IMG/VR virus record: IMGVR_UViG_3300025035_000001
Length of the DNA: 64,000 nt
Origin: a virus
Reading direction: 5' to 3' (one strand)
Part shown: positions 54,951 through 64,000 of the stretch, piece after piece
Numbering within the stretch: the first letter of the stretch is position 1
Layout of the letters: every line of letters begins with the position of its first letter
Notes under the pieces: generated by a model
Told to the model about the DNA's origin: nothing
Databases searched by the model: none
Seen by the model: the letters and a program-made list of their open reading frames with translations, nothing else
Program-made: the position numbers and the translations under genes

Positions 54951-57674
54951 ATGCATCCTGAAATAGAACAATATCAAAAAGATTTTATTTGGAATCCGGA
55001 AAAAATGTCGGAGCAAGAATGTATCGCTAAAAAATTACCGTACATTGATAAAGAAGGAAATATTAAAAATACTTTTAGATTCTCTGAAAGTGGTAACGCT
55101 TATCAAAAGAACGGTGTTTATACCAATCATCCGCCACAGTCTGATAGTTGGTTTACTTTTTGGAACAGAGAGAGAAAAAGAGTAAGAGAAGGTTACTGGC
55201 TAGGTCAAGTTCGTATCACCGGTTATCACTATTTCTTCTTGAATTTTCATAGAATGAAAATTGCGGTAAACGGTAATGAAACAGAAGGTTTTGCAAAGTT
55301 TATGCGCTTACAATTCTTTTTATTTCATCTTTTTGATTATGCTGATTATACAAAACAAAACTTTGCGTTTATAAAACTTCGTTCTTGCGGAGCTTCAGAA
55401 TGTGCTGCTGCGATAGGAGAAGTAGATTGCCTAGTTCCACCAATTAGATTGGAAGGAAGTGTGAAACGTAAACAAATGCCTTCTAACGCCTACTTTGCTT
55501 CAGATTCTGATTACTTAGGTGGTGATGACGGTATCTTTACAAAAATGACTAGAGCAATGACTTGGGCTACTCAAAATACAGAAGGTGGGTTATATGAACC
55601 TTTCGCAATTAACTCTTCAGGTAAGATTATGCACTGGATGGTAGGTGAAAGAGATAACAGTAATAAACCTGTTCAAAAAGGTGGTGAGATTATAGCTAGA
55701 GTAGTTCGCGAACCTGATGAAGCACGAGCAGGTCGTAAAAGAAGAGTGTTTTTTGAAGAGTGTCAGATTGTTGGTTCTAAAGTACTTATGTATGATAGTA
55801 CTTGGAAAAACATTGAGGATATTGTTGTAGGTGATTTTGTAATGGGTATTGATTCTAAACCTAGAGAAGTGTTAAAAACCGTTAGAAATAAAGGTAAACT
55901 TCTTTCAGTTTATAAACAAGGTGAATTGTTACTACAGGTAACACCTAATCATAGATTATTTTTTGAAGATTTTAACGGAAAAGAAGTTTATATATCAGCA
56001 CATAATTATATAAAATTATCAAAAAATTCTAAAAGATTTTTTAATACAAAAACTAATTTATATGCTGTAAAATTTAAAAATTATAAATTAAATACAAGAA
56101 TACGATTTATAATAGAAGTGAAAGATGAAGGAATTGAAGATGAATATATAGGATTAACTTTAGACAAAGATCAATTATATATTACTGACAATTTTATCAT
56201 TACACATAATTCTGGAGCAAATAAAAATTTAGGTGCGAGTATGGGCGTAGTTGAATCAAACTTAAAACGTCTTGCAGATAAAACCGGAATTCAAATTGTT
56301 TGGGGGACATCTAATGAGAAATCAGAAGGTATTCAAGCTTTTAAAGATGTATTACAGAATCCTAGAGGCGTTTATCAAACTTTAGCATTTCGTAATGTGT
56401 GGAGAGCTTTAGAACATGGGGAACAAGGTTTTAAAGATATTCCTTGGAATCCTTTTGAATATTTATTACATCCTTCCGAAAAAGAATTATATGCTGTAGG
56501 TTATTTTATTCCTGCGTATGAATTAAAGATAAGAGACGAAGATGGAAACCCTGATAGATTAGCTGCTTATCATAACATTATTCAAGAACGTTTAAAATTA
56601 CAAGAAAACTCTAGTTCAGACCAAAGAGGTTTATTAGCTTTTATTGCTGATAATCCTATTTTCATGGAAGAAGCACTTCTAGTATCAAAAGGTAAATTAT
56701 TTAATCATGATGGTTTAGCACAACAATTAGTAAAACTAGATACCGGAATGCTTAAACCCACAATACACCGAGGTATTTTTGAATTTGAAAAAAATAATAA
56801 AAATCAAGTTGTGGGTGTTCGATTTTGGGAAGACAGAACAGGAAATATATTCTTAGCTGAAATCCCAAGTTGGGCTAAAAGAGAAGGTAATTCGTGGTAT
56901 GTTGACATATTAACAGAAAGACCTTGGCATCAATATATTGCTGGGATTGATGGTATTGACCAAGGTGTTGATGATTCATCAGGAAAAGGTTCAAGTTTAG
57001 CTTGCGTAGTGAAGAAAAGACTAACAAAAGAAGATGGTATTAGCGACTCTTTTGCAAATACTTATGTAGGATTGTATAATCATCGTTCGAATGATGCTAG
57101 AACTGACTTTGAAAACGTATTACAGATGCTCTTATTCTTTCATGCTCAAGCACTATTAGAATTTTCTAAAATCCGTATTCGAGATTATATCATAGAAGAA
57201 AAAAAATGTGCAAAGTATTTAGCCATAGAACCTAAAGCACCAGGAGAAAAAATAAATAAATTTAGGAGAAATACCGCTAGACGTGGATTACGAGTTACAA
57301 AAGACATTATATATTTTTATATTGACCTAATTAAAGATTATATTCAAGACTATTATCAAACTTTTATTTTTAAAATTTTAGTCTCACAGTTGTTAGATTA
57401 TACTTTTGAAGATAAAGGTAAGCTAGATATAGTTGCTGCAATGGGAATGTGTGAAGTATTAAATGCTGAACTTCGAGATATTCCTGTAATGCAAAATGAA
57501 AATAAAGACGCTTTATTTCCTTCAGGATTAGGTTATTATACCGACCCTATAACAGGAGTTAAGAAATTTGGAGTTTGTAAACAAGATTTAGATTTAAACC
57601 CTCCAAAACAAAAACAAGTAGATTATTACGATACTAGACCCGATGCTGAAAAAACAATAATTTATATAGATTAA
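54951..57674 (+). CDS. terL: Terminase large subunit, intein-containing
   Basis: ITGYHYFFLNF, KLRSCGASE (Walker A region), FFEE (Walker B), WGTS, GIDGIDQG and D..AA nuclease motifs; followed by the portal. Confidence 0.9.
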   Translation: MHPEIEQYQKDFIWNPEKMSEQECIAKKLPYIDKEGNIKNTFRFSESGNAYQKNGVYTNHPPQSDSWFTFWNRERKRVREGYWLGQVRITGYHYFFLNFHRMKIAVNGNETEGFAKFMRLQFFLFHLFDYADYTKQNFAFIKLRSCGASECAAAIGEVDCLVPPIRLEGSVKRKQMPSNAYFASDSDYLGGDDGIFTKMTRAMTWATQNTEGGLYEPFAINSSGKIMHWMVGERDNSNKPVQKGGEIIARVVREPDEARAGRKRRVFFEECQIVGSKVLMYDSTWKNIEDIVVGDFVMGIDSKPREVLKTVRNKGKLLSVYKQGELLLQVTPNHRLFFEDFNGKEVYISAHNYIKLSKNSKRFFNTKTNLYAVKFKNYKLNTRIRFIIEVKDEGIEDEYIGLTLDKDQLYITDNFIITHNSGANKNLGASMGVVESNLKRLADKTGIQIVWGTSNEKSEGIQAFKDVLQNPRGVYQTLAFRNVWRALEHGEQGFKDIPWNPFEYLLHPSEKELYAVGYFIPAYELKIRDEDGNPDRLAAYHNIIQERLKLQENSSSDQRGLLAFIADNPIFMEEALLVSKGKLFNHDGLAQQLVKLDTGMLKPTIHRGIFEFEKNNKNQVVGVRFWEDRTGNIFLAEIPSWAKREGNSWYVDILTERPWHQYIAGIDGIDQGVDDSSGKGSSLACVVKKRLTKEDGISDSFANTYVGLYNHRSNDARTDFENVLQMLLFFHAQALLEFSKIRIRDYIIEEKKCAKYLAIEPKAPGEKINKFRRNTARRGLRVTKDIIYFYIDLIKDYIQDYYQTFIFKILVSQLLDYTFEDKGKLDIVAAMGMCEVLNAELRDIPVMQNENKDALFPSGLGYYTDPITGVKKFGVCKQDLDLNPPKQKQVDYYDTRPDAEKTIIYID
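55761..56210 (+). mobile_element. Mini-intein (150 aa, no homing endonuclease) in TerL
   Basis: CQIVGSKV start, VTPNH block B, end ITHN followed by Ser+1; inserted directly after FFEE. Confidence 0.9.
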
Positions 57675-57678
57675 AACC

Positions 57679-60018
57679 ATGTTAGCTAACTTTTTAATAG
57701 AAGATATAATCGACACCGTTCCTGAAAATGAAAAAAAAGAAATAAAGTATTTAAAAGGAAACGTTGACCATGCGATAAGTTCATTAGTTTATGATAAAAT
57801 TCGTGAACGAGTGGCGTATAACACTTATTGGGGGAAAAGAGATGAAACAGAACTTCAACATCTATCAGATAACTATGGAGTGGGTGTTCCCATAGCGATT
57901 CCTAATATGCGTTTAATGGCAGGTAGAATAAATCGTTTAATTGGTAAAGCGTTACAGAATAATTTAGATTATCATGTTACCTGTTCTAATAGCACTGCAA
58001 TTGATATTAAAATGCAACAAAAAAGAAATTTAATTATTTCTGAATTAGAAACCGAAGTCAATAAAGTTGCAGAAGAAAATAAAAAGTTATTGGTTAATCG
58101 AAAGGATGCTGAAGGAAAACCGCTACCTATTAGAGATGTGCTTAGTGATAAGTTTTTAAAAAAAATTAGACAAAAATATGGTGAATCTTGGCAAGCTGAT
58201 TTTGAAATATCGATAGAAAAATTCTTAAAACATATTACCGATAGAAAAGAATTATCACAAAAAAACAGTGAATGGTTTAGAGATTTATGTGTTACAGGAC
58301 AAGAGTTTACAAGAATATATGTAAAAGAAGAAGGAAAGCTTCCTGATATTTGGAGAGTTGACCCTGAAAACTTCTTTTATGAATCTAATCACGAATCACC
58401 TTGGATAGAAGATTGTCGTAGAGTAGTTTATAGACGGTATATGAGTCCTACTGCTATTCTTAATGAGTTAGGACCATTAATGACAAAAGAAGACCATAAA
58501 AAAGTAGCTAGAGCAATTACAAGCTATTATAATTCGGTTTATCAACGAGAGGTTTTATTTCAAGAAGACCAGTTTGGAGAAAACAGAGCCATTACAAATT
58601 CTCCTAGATATGTAGCAGATTTAATAGAAGTTTTTCATGTAGAATGGGTGGCTACAAACTACGAAGACCGTCCTGTCGAAGCATTAAATTTAGTTGAATC
58701 TAAAACTGCCAATATCAAATCTAAGAAAAGACAGCGAAAAGATAGATACGAAGGTTATAAAATTGAAATTGCTGGAGGTATTTATTGCGGTATGGGTAAA
58801 TCTAAACATATTCTTAGAACACAAGATGACCCTTCTGATTGTAAACTCACTTACAACGGTTATGTGTACGGTAGACATAGAGCTAGAGGTACTTTCGATA
58901 GTGCTTATAGAACGGTACATGATGAACCGTTTTCAATGGTTTTAGCTACAAAAGATATTCAAGATTTATACGATATTACTCACTTTCATTTGAATAATCT
59001 GTACGCAATGGCTAGACCAGGTGGTACAATTACTGTTCTTGAACATATCCCTAAAGAGTTTGGAGATACTCCAGAAGAAAGAATCATCAAGAATGCCGCG
59101 TATGAGAAAACACTTTCTCAAAAAGTAATTAGTCTTTCTCAACAAGGTTCAATACCTGGAGAAGCGGGTTCGATTCCTTTTAACAACTACGGACAGTATA
59201 GTACTAATTTAGATGGGCAACTTCTTCAAGCTTTTATATCTTATATAGGTGTTTTAGAGTCACAAGCCGACAAAATGTTAGGGTTAAATCCTCAAATGAT
59301 GGGTGAAGTAGAAGAACGAAGTGGTAAAGGAGTAACTACTCAAGCAATACAACAAGCCGAACTGATTACAAAAGAAATGTTTAGAGTTCACTCTTTGTTT
59401 CTGCGTAAAATTCTCACGAGTTTGGCTAATCTCGCTAGAATAGCTTTTCCTAACGGTTACTACTCTTCAATTGTTTTAGGTGAGGATCATCAAATATTTC
59501 ATTTAGACCAAACTTCTTCCATGGCAGATTACGATGTGTTTGTAACAGATGACCATGAAGAATCTATAGAGATTTCAAAAGTTGATGATTTAGCGATGTC
59601 TGCCATTAGTTCAGGAGCAACTTCTATGAGAGCCGCCTTTGATGTTATTTTAGCACGTTCTGTTGCCGGTAAAAAGAGAGCTGTTCTTCGTGCAGAAGAA
59701 GATACTCAAGAAGATGCTAGACAACAAGTCGAACAGTTACAAAATGAAATGGAAACCATTAATCAGAATCTTGAAAAAATGCGTAAAGAAAATGAAAATC
59801 TTAAAAAGAAAGCTACTGAGGTTGAAATTAAAAAAGAAGAGTTGACACTTAAAAAACAACAACAGCAATTTGAACAAAATAAACATAAAGAAGAAATCAC
59901 TTTGAAAAAAGAATCAGTGAATAATAAATACGAAATTGAAAAAAACGAATTGAAAGCTGAAATACTACAAATGACAGATTTTAATTTAAGAAACGATAAA
60001 ATCAATAAAAACAGATGA
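57679..60018 (+). CDS. Portal protein (crAss-type)
   Basis: Follows terL; 779 aa; VTGQEF...RVDP, LGLNPQMMG; coiled-coil C-terminus. Confidence 0.85.
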   Translation: MLANFLIEDIIDTVPENEKKEIKYLKGNVDHAISSLVYDKIRERVAYNTYWGKRDETELQHLSDNYGVGVPIAIPNMRLMAGRINRLIGKALQNNLDYHVTCSNSTAIDIKMQQKRNLIISELETEVNKVAEENKKLLVNRKDAEGKPLPIRDVLSDKFLKKIRQKYGESWQADFEISIEKFLKHITDRKELSQKNSEWFRDLCVTGQEFTRIYVKEEGKLPDIWRVDPENFFYESNHESPWIEDCRRVVYRRYMSPTAILNELGPLMTKEDHKKVARAITSYYNSVYQREVLFQEDQFGENRAITNSPRYVADLIEVFHVEWVATNYEDRPVEALNLVESKTANIKSKKRQRKDRYEGYKIEIAGGIYCGMGKSKHILRTQDDPSDCKLTYNGYVYGRHRARGTFDSAYRTVHDEPFSMVLATKDIQDLYDITHFHLNNLYAMARPGGTITVLEHIPKEFGDTPEERIIKNAAYEKTLSQKVISLSQQGSIPGEAGSIPFNNYGQYSTNLDGQLLQAFISYIGVLESQADKMLGLNPQMMGEVEERSGKGVTTQAIQQAELITKEMFRVHSLFLRKILTSLANLARIAFPNGYYSSIVLGEDHQIFHLDQTSSMADYDVFVTDDHEESIEISKVDDLAMSAISSGATSMRAAFDVILARSVAGKKRAVLRAEEDTQEDARQQVEQLQNEMETINQNLEKMRKENENLKKKATEVEIKKEELTLKKQQQQFEQNKHKEEITLKKESVNNKYEIEKNELKAEILQMTDFNLRNDKINKNR

Positions 60019-60428
60019 ACGATTACTCCCTCTTTAAAGGTTACGAATCCAGAAGCGGAAAAAGTTATCAGGCAAAACGTTCAGAAGAAAAAAAAATATC
60101 TGAGCGCAATGTAAAATCAATGATTTTAAAATTAGAGGAACAGTTAGCTGAACCTGATTTAGATATAGAAGAGTTTACTATTTTACAAAAAAGGTATAAG
60201 TCTTTAAAAGAAAGATTTAAAATAAAGAAAACTTCTAAAGATTTAAATGAGTTACGTATTCCTTTTCAAGAAGATAATAAGACAATTCGTTATATTCGGG
60301 AAAAGAATTGTTTTAAACCAAAATGGATAGCCAAGTACGGTAAGGAAAGAATAGAACGAACAATTGAAGCTTTTAAGCAACAAATGTTTAAAAAACCTGA
60401 AAATACTTTATATTGGAATCCGTTCTAA
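60015..60428 (+). CDS. Hypothetical protein
   Basis: ORF track; ATGA overlap with the portal stop. Confidence 0.65.
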   Translation: MNDYSLFKGYESRSGKSYQAKRSEEKKISERNVKSMILKLEEQLAEPDLDIEEFTILQKRYKSLKERFKIKKTSKDLNELRIPFQEDNKTIRYIREKNCFKPKWIAKYGKERIERTIEAFKQQMFKKPENTLYWNPF

Positions 60429-60440
60429 ATATTATAAATT

Positions 60441-62345
60441 ATGGCAAACCAAAAAACAAAAGCGCAGTTAGCTTTGGATTTGAATGTTCATTCTGAAAAC
60501 ATGACTGCCACAATAAGTCCTTCTAATTATATAGAACCGTTAGAAGATCAAGCAGTAAGAACACAACTCAATCTTATTATAGATGATTTAATTATTTCTA
60601 ATTTTAACGTTGTTGATGGGATACAGATAGCAAATATTACTGGATTAACTTCCGCATTGTCAAGTAAACATCCTTTTGACCCTACGATTTTAAATCAATC
60701 TACTTTAGTAGATAATCTTGTTACTTTAGATGCCACAAGACCTTTGACGGCGAATCAAGGTGTAGTATTAAAAAATCTAATTGATGCAATTCCCTCTAGA
60801 AATGATGCAACGTCTTTAGCAGAATCTACTCCTAGTGAAGTAACAGCTATTGAATTAAGGTCACATTTAGATGACACGTCTATGCATTTTACAATTGCTG
60901 ATGGTACGGTAAATACTACTTCGGTATGGAGTTCTACTAAAATATTATCGGAATTGATTCTTAAAGCAGATGCTTCACATACTCATTCACAACTACATAC
61001 TCAAGGAACAGATGTTACGCTTGCGTTAGCGACTCCAAGTGAAGTAACAGCCGTAGATTTAAGAGAACATCTTGATAGTGCTGTAAATCCTCACACAACT
61101 ACTTTAACTCAAGTTGTTGAAGCTTCAAGTTTACCAACTACTAAAGGTATCCTTTATACCTCTAACGGAACAAGTTTAATTGGATTTCCTGTCGGTATAG
61201 ATGGTCAAGTTTTAAAAGTAAATTCATCAACAGCTAGTGGTTTAGAATTTAGTTCAGATATTGGAGAAGTAAATACCATTGCGAGTTTAGGCACAGGAGA
61301 ATCGATTGCTATTGGTAAAGTAGGTACAGAATTAAGAACAAGAGCATTAAACTCATTAAACTCAATTTTAACAATCACTACCAACGGTAATCAATTAGAT
61401 TTTGATATTGAACCTGAACAAATAAACCATGCTGATTTAGCAAACATTGGAGCAAATACCCACGCTCAAATAGATGCACACATTGCCGCCATTAACCCTC
61501 ATGGTTTAACACTAGACCTTTTAAGTCCTTTGACAGCAGCAGGCGATTTGTTAACTTATAACGGATCAAATAATGTTCGATTTGGAATTGGAACAAACGG
61601 TCAAGTATTAGCTTCTAACGGAACATCTTTAGTGTGGAGTTCTGATTTGTCAGTGGCTTCTTCACATACGGTTTCAACCTCTAATCCACATATTACAAAT
61701 GTAAATCAAGTAGCTATTGCTTCGTATGGTTCAGTACCTTCTAAAGGAACTTTACTAGTGTCAGATGGAACAAATGTTTTAGAACTTGCTCCGGGAGTAG
61801 ATGGTCAAATGTTAATCGCTAATTCTTCAAACACCTTAGGGGTTCAATATACTGCGGCTGGAGAAATCAACACCGCCACTTCTTTATCCGGAACAGGTCA
61901 AGAAATTACAGCAGGTAAAACAGGAGCAATTCTTAACTTTAGAAGAATTGAAACAGGCGATGCTTCTAAATTAACAGTAACTACTGCGGGTAATCAAATT
62001 ATTTTATCCGTTGTTGACGGTGGTATAGACCATGATTCTTTAGCTGGATTAGGGGGTACACCTATTTACACTCATGCCAATATTGATTCACATATTAATG
62101 CGGTTACTGGTAACCCTCACAATGTAACCGCTTCTGATATAGGTGTCGATGCTGGGGCAACCAATAATCCTCAACAATTAGCAATTGTAACATTAACTGA
62201 TTCTACAACAGGTACAGTGGACAATACTTTATCTTCAATTTCAGGTTCAGGAGCAGATGTTGATATTAATAATAATTTTGCTGAATTAGCGAATCAAATC
62301 GCTTTAATTAAAACAGCTTTAACTAATTCAGGAATTACTGCATAA
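60441..62345 (+). CDS. Fibre-like structural protein (head or tail fibre)
   Basis: Repeats G.LL...G......G.DGQVL and H...NPH; C-terminal NNNFAELANQI..L...G helix. Confidence 0.7.
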   Translation: MANQKTKAQLALDLNVHSENMTATISPSNYIEPLEDQAVRTQLNLIIDDLIISNFNVVDGIQIANITGLTSALSSKHPFDPTILNQSTLVDNLVTLDATRPLTANQGVVLKNLIDAIPSRNDATSLAESTPSEVTAIELRSHLDDTSMHFTIADGTVNTTSVWSSTKILSELILKADASHTHSQLHTQGTDVTLALATPSEVTAVDLREHLDSAVNPHTTTLTQVVEASSLPTTKGILYTSNGTSLIGFPVGIDGQVLKVNSSTASGLEFSSDIGEVNTIASLGTGESIAIGKVGTELRTRALNSLNSILTITTNGNQLDFDIEPEQINHADLANIGANTHAQIDAHIAAINPHGLTLDLLSPLTAAGDLLTYNGSNNVRFGIGTNGQVLASNGTSLVWSSDLSVASSHTVSTSNPHITNVNQVAIASYGSVPSKGTLLVSDGTNVLELAPGVDGQMLIANSSNTLGVQYTAAGEINTATSLSGTGQEITAGKTGAILNFRRIETGDASKLTVTTAGNQIILSVVDGGIDHDSLAGLGGTPIYTHANIDSHINAVTGNPHNVTASDIGVDAGATNNPQQLAIVTLTDSTTGTVDNTLSSISGSGADVDINNNFAELANQIALIKTALTNSGITA

Positions 62346-63667
62346 TGCCAGTACAACAAACTATACCGATACAAAATATCACCAATGGTGATTCTCAAAT
62401 CACAGGGATAGTTTTGACTTTACGTCAAAGCTGTCCTACAGTGGTTTCTAAAACTTATACTGAAGCAGATGCTGAAATAACACTAACTCCAACTTCAATT
62501 ACCATTGACAGTTCTTTTGGAGACTGTAATAATATTACAGGAACTATTCGAGTTAACGTACTTTATGAAGGAACAGTGTGTAGTAAAACGATAAACTTTA
62601 AACCTAATTTTACACCCCCTTTAAGAGGAGTACTTAAAATTCGTTCAGGTCAATCTAATGCCGTTATCGGTAACGATGACTTAGGACAATATGAACTTAA
62701 ACAACGGTCAGGTTCTTTATTTTCAATACTTACAAATGTAGGTACAAACGCAATTCGAGTTAAATCCGTTATTGAAACCACTGACCCAAGTTTAAAATTT
62801 AATTTTATTAATATTACAACACCTTTTATACTTCAACCTTTTCAAACTCGAAAGGTTTATTATCAGTTAGATACAAATACTGGGGGTTCGTTTTCAGCAA
62901 GTTATACTGTTTTATGGGAAGATATTGATGAACAGATTGAACAGTCTTATATTTATACAAAAAACTTTTCAGTACGTCAACCTTGCGTAATTAACTCAAT
63001 TGAAGTTAGAATCGACAATAACGGTGCAGGCAATAGATGGATAGAATTTGCTTCTGTTGCTGCTAAAACAATAAAATTAACTTCAAGAAATGTTAAGTTT
63101 ATCGGTATTACAGGAGACCCTAATGGAATTAATCAAACGATTACTGGTAATGTTTCATTCGGTTCAATTGCTAGAACAACAACTATTGCAGATGTAGAAA
63201 GAAATAGTGTTTGGAATTTAAATAACGGATTAATAATAAAAGAAATTATTCCAAAATTGTCTAAATATTTTAGAGCATCTCTTAGAACTTATCAACCGAT
63301 AGAGATAAGTCCGGGAGTATTTCAAGTACCTGTAGCATTAGGTGTTCAAGACCATATTCAAAATCAAAGATTTAAACCTAGTCAAGCTATTGAAATTATC
63401 GCTACCGTTGGTTCTCAAACGTTTAACAGCGGTGTAATAGCCACTCCTTTAACTACTTCAAGTACCTATGGAGATGGTTTTGCAATAAAAACACCTTCAG
63501 GTTTAAACGTAGGTGTTTTTACCCAACCTACCGTTACCGTAAGTGGAACAGCACCTGTAGAAATTTCAGTAACTGCTAAAATTTATGAAGTGATTAATTT
63601 TGGACTTACCGCTAAAGTTTTAGTTAGTGCATACATTAAAAATTATTTCACCATTACTTGTCCTTAG
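62345..63667 (+). CDS. Beta-rich structural protein with Ig-like domain
   Basis: TNVGTNAIRVKSV...PFILQPFQT...F.A.Y Ig-like pattern. Confidence 0.6.
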   Translation: MPVQQTIPIQNITNGDSQITGIVLTLRQSCPTVVSKTYTEADAEITLTPTSITIDSSFGDCNNITGTIRVNVLYEGTVCSKTINFKPNFTPPLRGVLKIRSGQSNAVIGNDDLGQYELKQRSGSLFSILTNVGTNAIRVKSVIETTDPSLKFNFINITTPFILQPFQTRKVYYQLDTNTGGSFSASYTVLWEDIDEQIEQSYIYTKNFSVRQPCVINSIEVRIDNNGAGNRWIEFASVAAKTIKLTSRNVKFIGITGDPNGINQTITGNVSFGSIARTTTIADVERNSVWNLNNGLIIKEIIPKLSKYFRASLRTYQPIEISPGVFQVPVALGVQDHIQNQRFKPSQAIEIIATVGSQTFNSGVIATPLTTSSTYGDGFAIKTPSGLNVGVFTQPTVTVSGTAPVEISVTAKIYEVINFGLTAKVLVSAYIKNYFTITCP

Positions 63668-63670
63668 ATT

Positions 63671-64000
63671 ATGCCAGTACAACAAACTATAAATATTGAT
63701 GCACCTTCAGAAATAGAAATCATTGGTGTTTCTTTAACTGTTGAAGATAATTGTCTCTCGACTTCGTTAACAGTAGATGATTCCGACCCCAGTGTGTCTT
63801 TTACTCAAACCTCTATTACGATTAATAATTCTTTTGGAAGTTGTGAAGATTTATCAGGAACGGTTACTTTATTTTTTAGATTGTATTCTTCAGATTGTTC
63901 TGATGTTTTTAAGGTAGGCTTCTTTTTTGTTCCTGGTATTGTAGAAGTAGATTTTAATTTTGATGATCTGAGTGAATTCTCAGGAAGTTTAATCAAAGCC
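63671..64000 (+). CDS. Paralog of the preceding gene's N-terminal domain (runs off the window)
   Basis: Hand translation MPVQQTINID...TSITINNSFGSCEDLSGTV; first 21 nt are identical to 62345-62365. Confidence 0.7.
   Translation, partial: MPVQQTINIDAPSEIEIIGVSLTVEDNCLSTSLTVDDSDPSVSFTQTSITINNSFGSCEDLSGTVTLFFRLYSSDCSDVFKVGFFFVPGIVEVDFNFDDLSEFSGSLIKA

Noticed and set aside
1-64000. Stop-codon reassignment (TAG to Gln or TGA to Trp), known in some crAss-like phages
   Set aside because: All core genes are intact in code 11. TAG and TGA serve as real stops (63665, 45769, 50889, 60016), and only two small accessory ORFs have internal stops.
1-64000. Window ends match as a 7-bp inverted repeat (ggctttg / caaagcc)
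   Set aside because: Too short, and both ends lie inside genes cut by the window.

Overview
A 64-kb segment of an AT-rich, crAss-like (Crassvirales-related) lytic phage, probably infecting a Bacteroidota host. It uses the standard genetic code and has three transcriptional blocks. (1) 1-12676 (+): the 3' part of a crAss-type virion RNA polymerase (catalytic DQDID), then a 2923-aa virion cargo protein. (2) 12729-45181 (-): small accessory genes, nucleotide metabolism (ThyX, MazG-like, PNK, NrdA with a LAGLIDADG intein, NrdB), replication and recombination (exonuclease, primase-like, SSB, Sak4-like ATPase, DnaB, SF2 helicase, PolB), two glucosaminidases and several tiny ORFs. (3) 45481-64000 (+): RepL-like protein, nucleases, holin, GroES-like, ferritin-like, phosphoesterase, terminase with a mini-intein, portal and fibre-like proteins. 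The most notable signal is at 13928-15930, with an outlier at 23694-23787. There, small genes are separated by imperfect palindromes bounded by ..TAAC / GTT.. cores that resemble integron attC sites, and gene stop codons fall in or next to the left core. This looks like a cassette array in a phage, with no integrase in the window. All product calls come from motif recognition by eye; no database searches were run.
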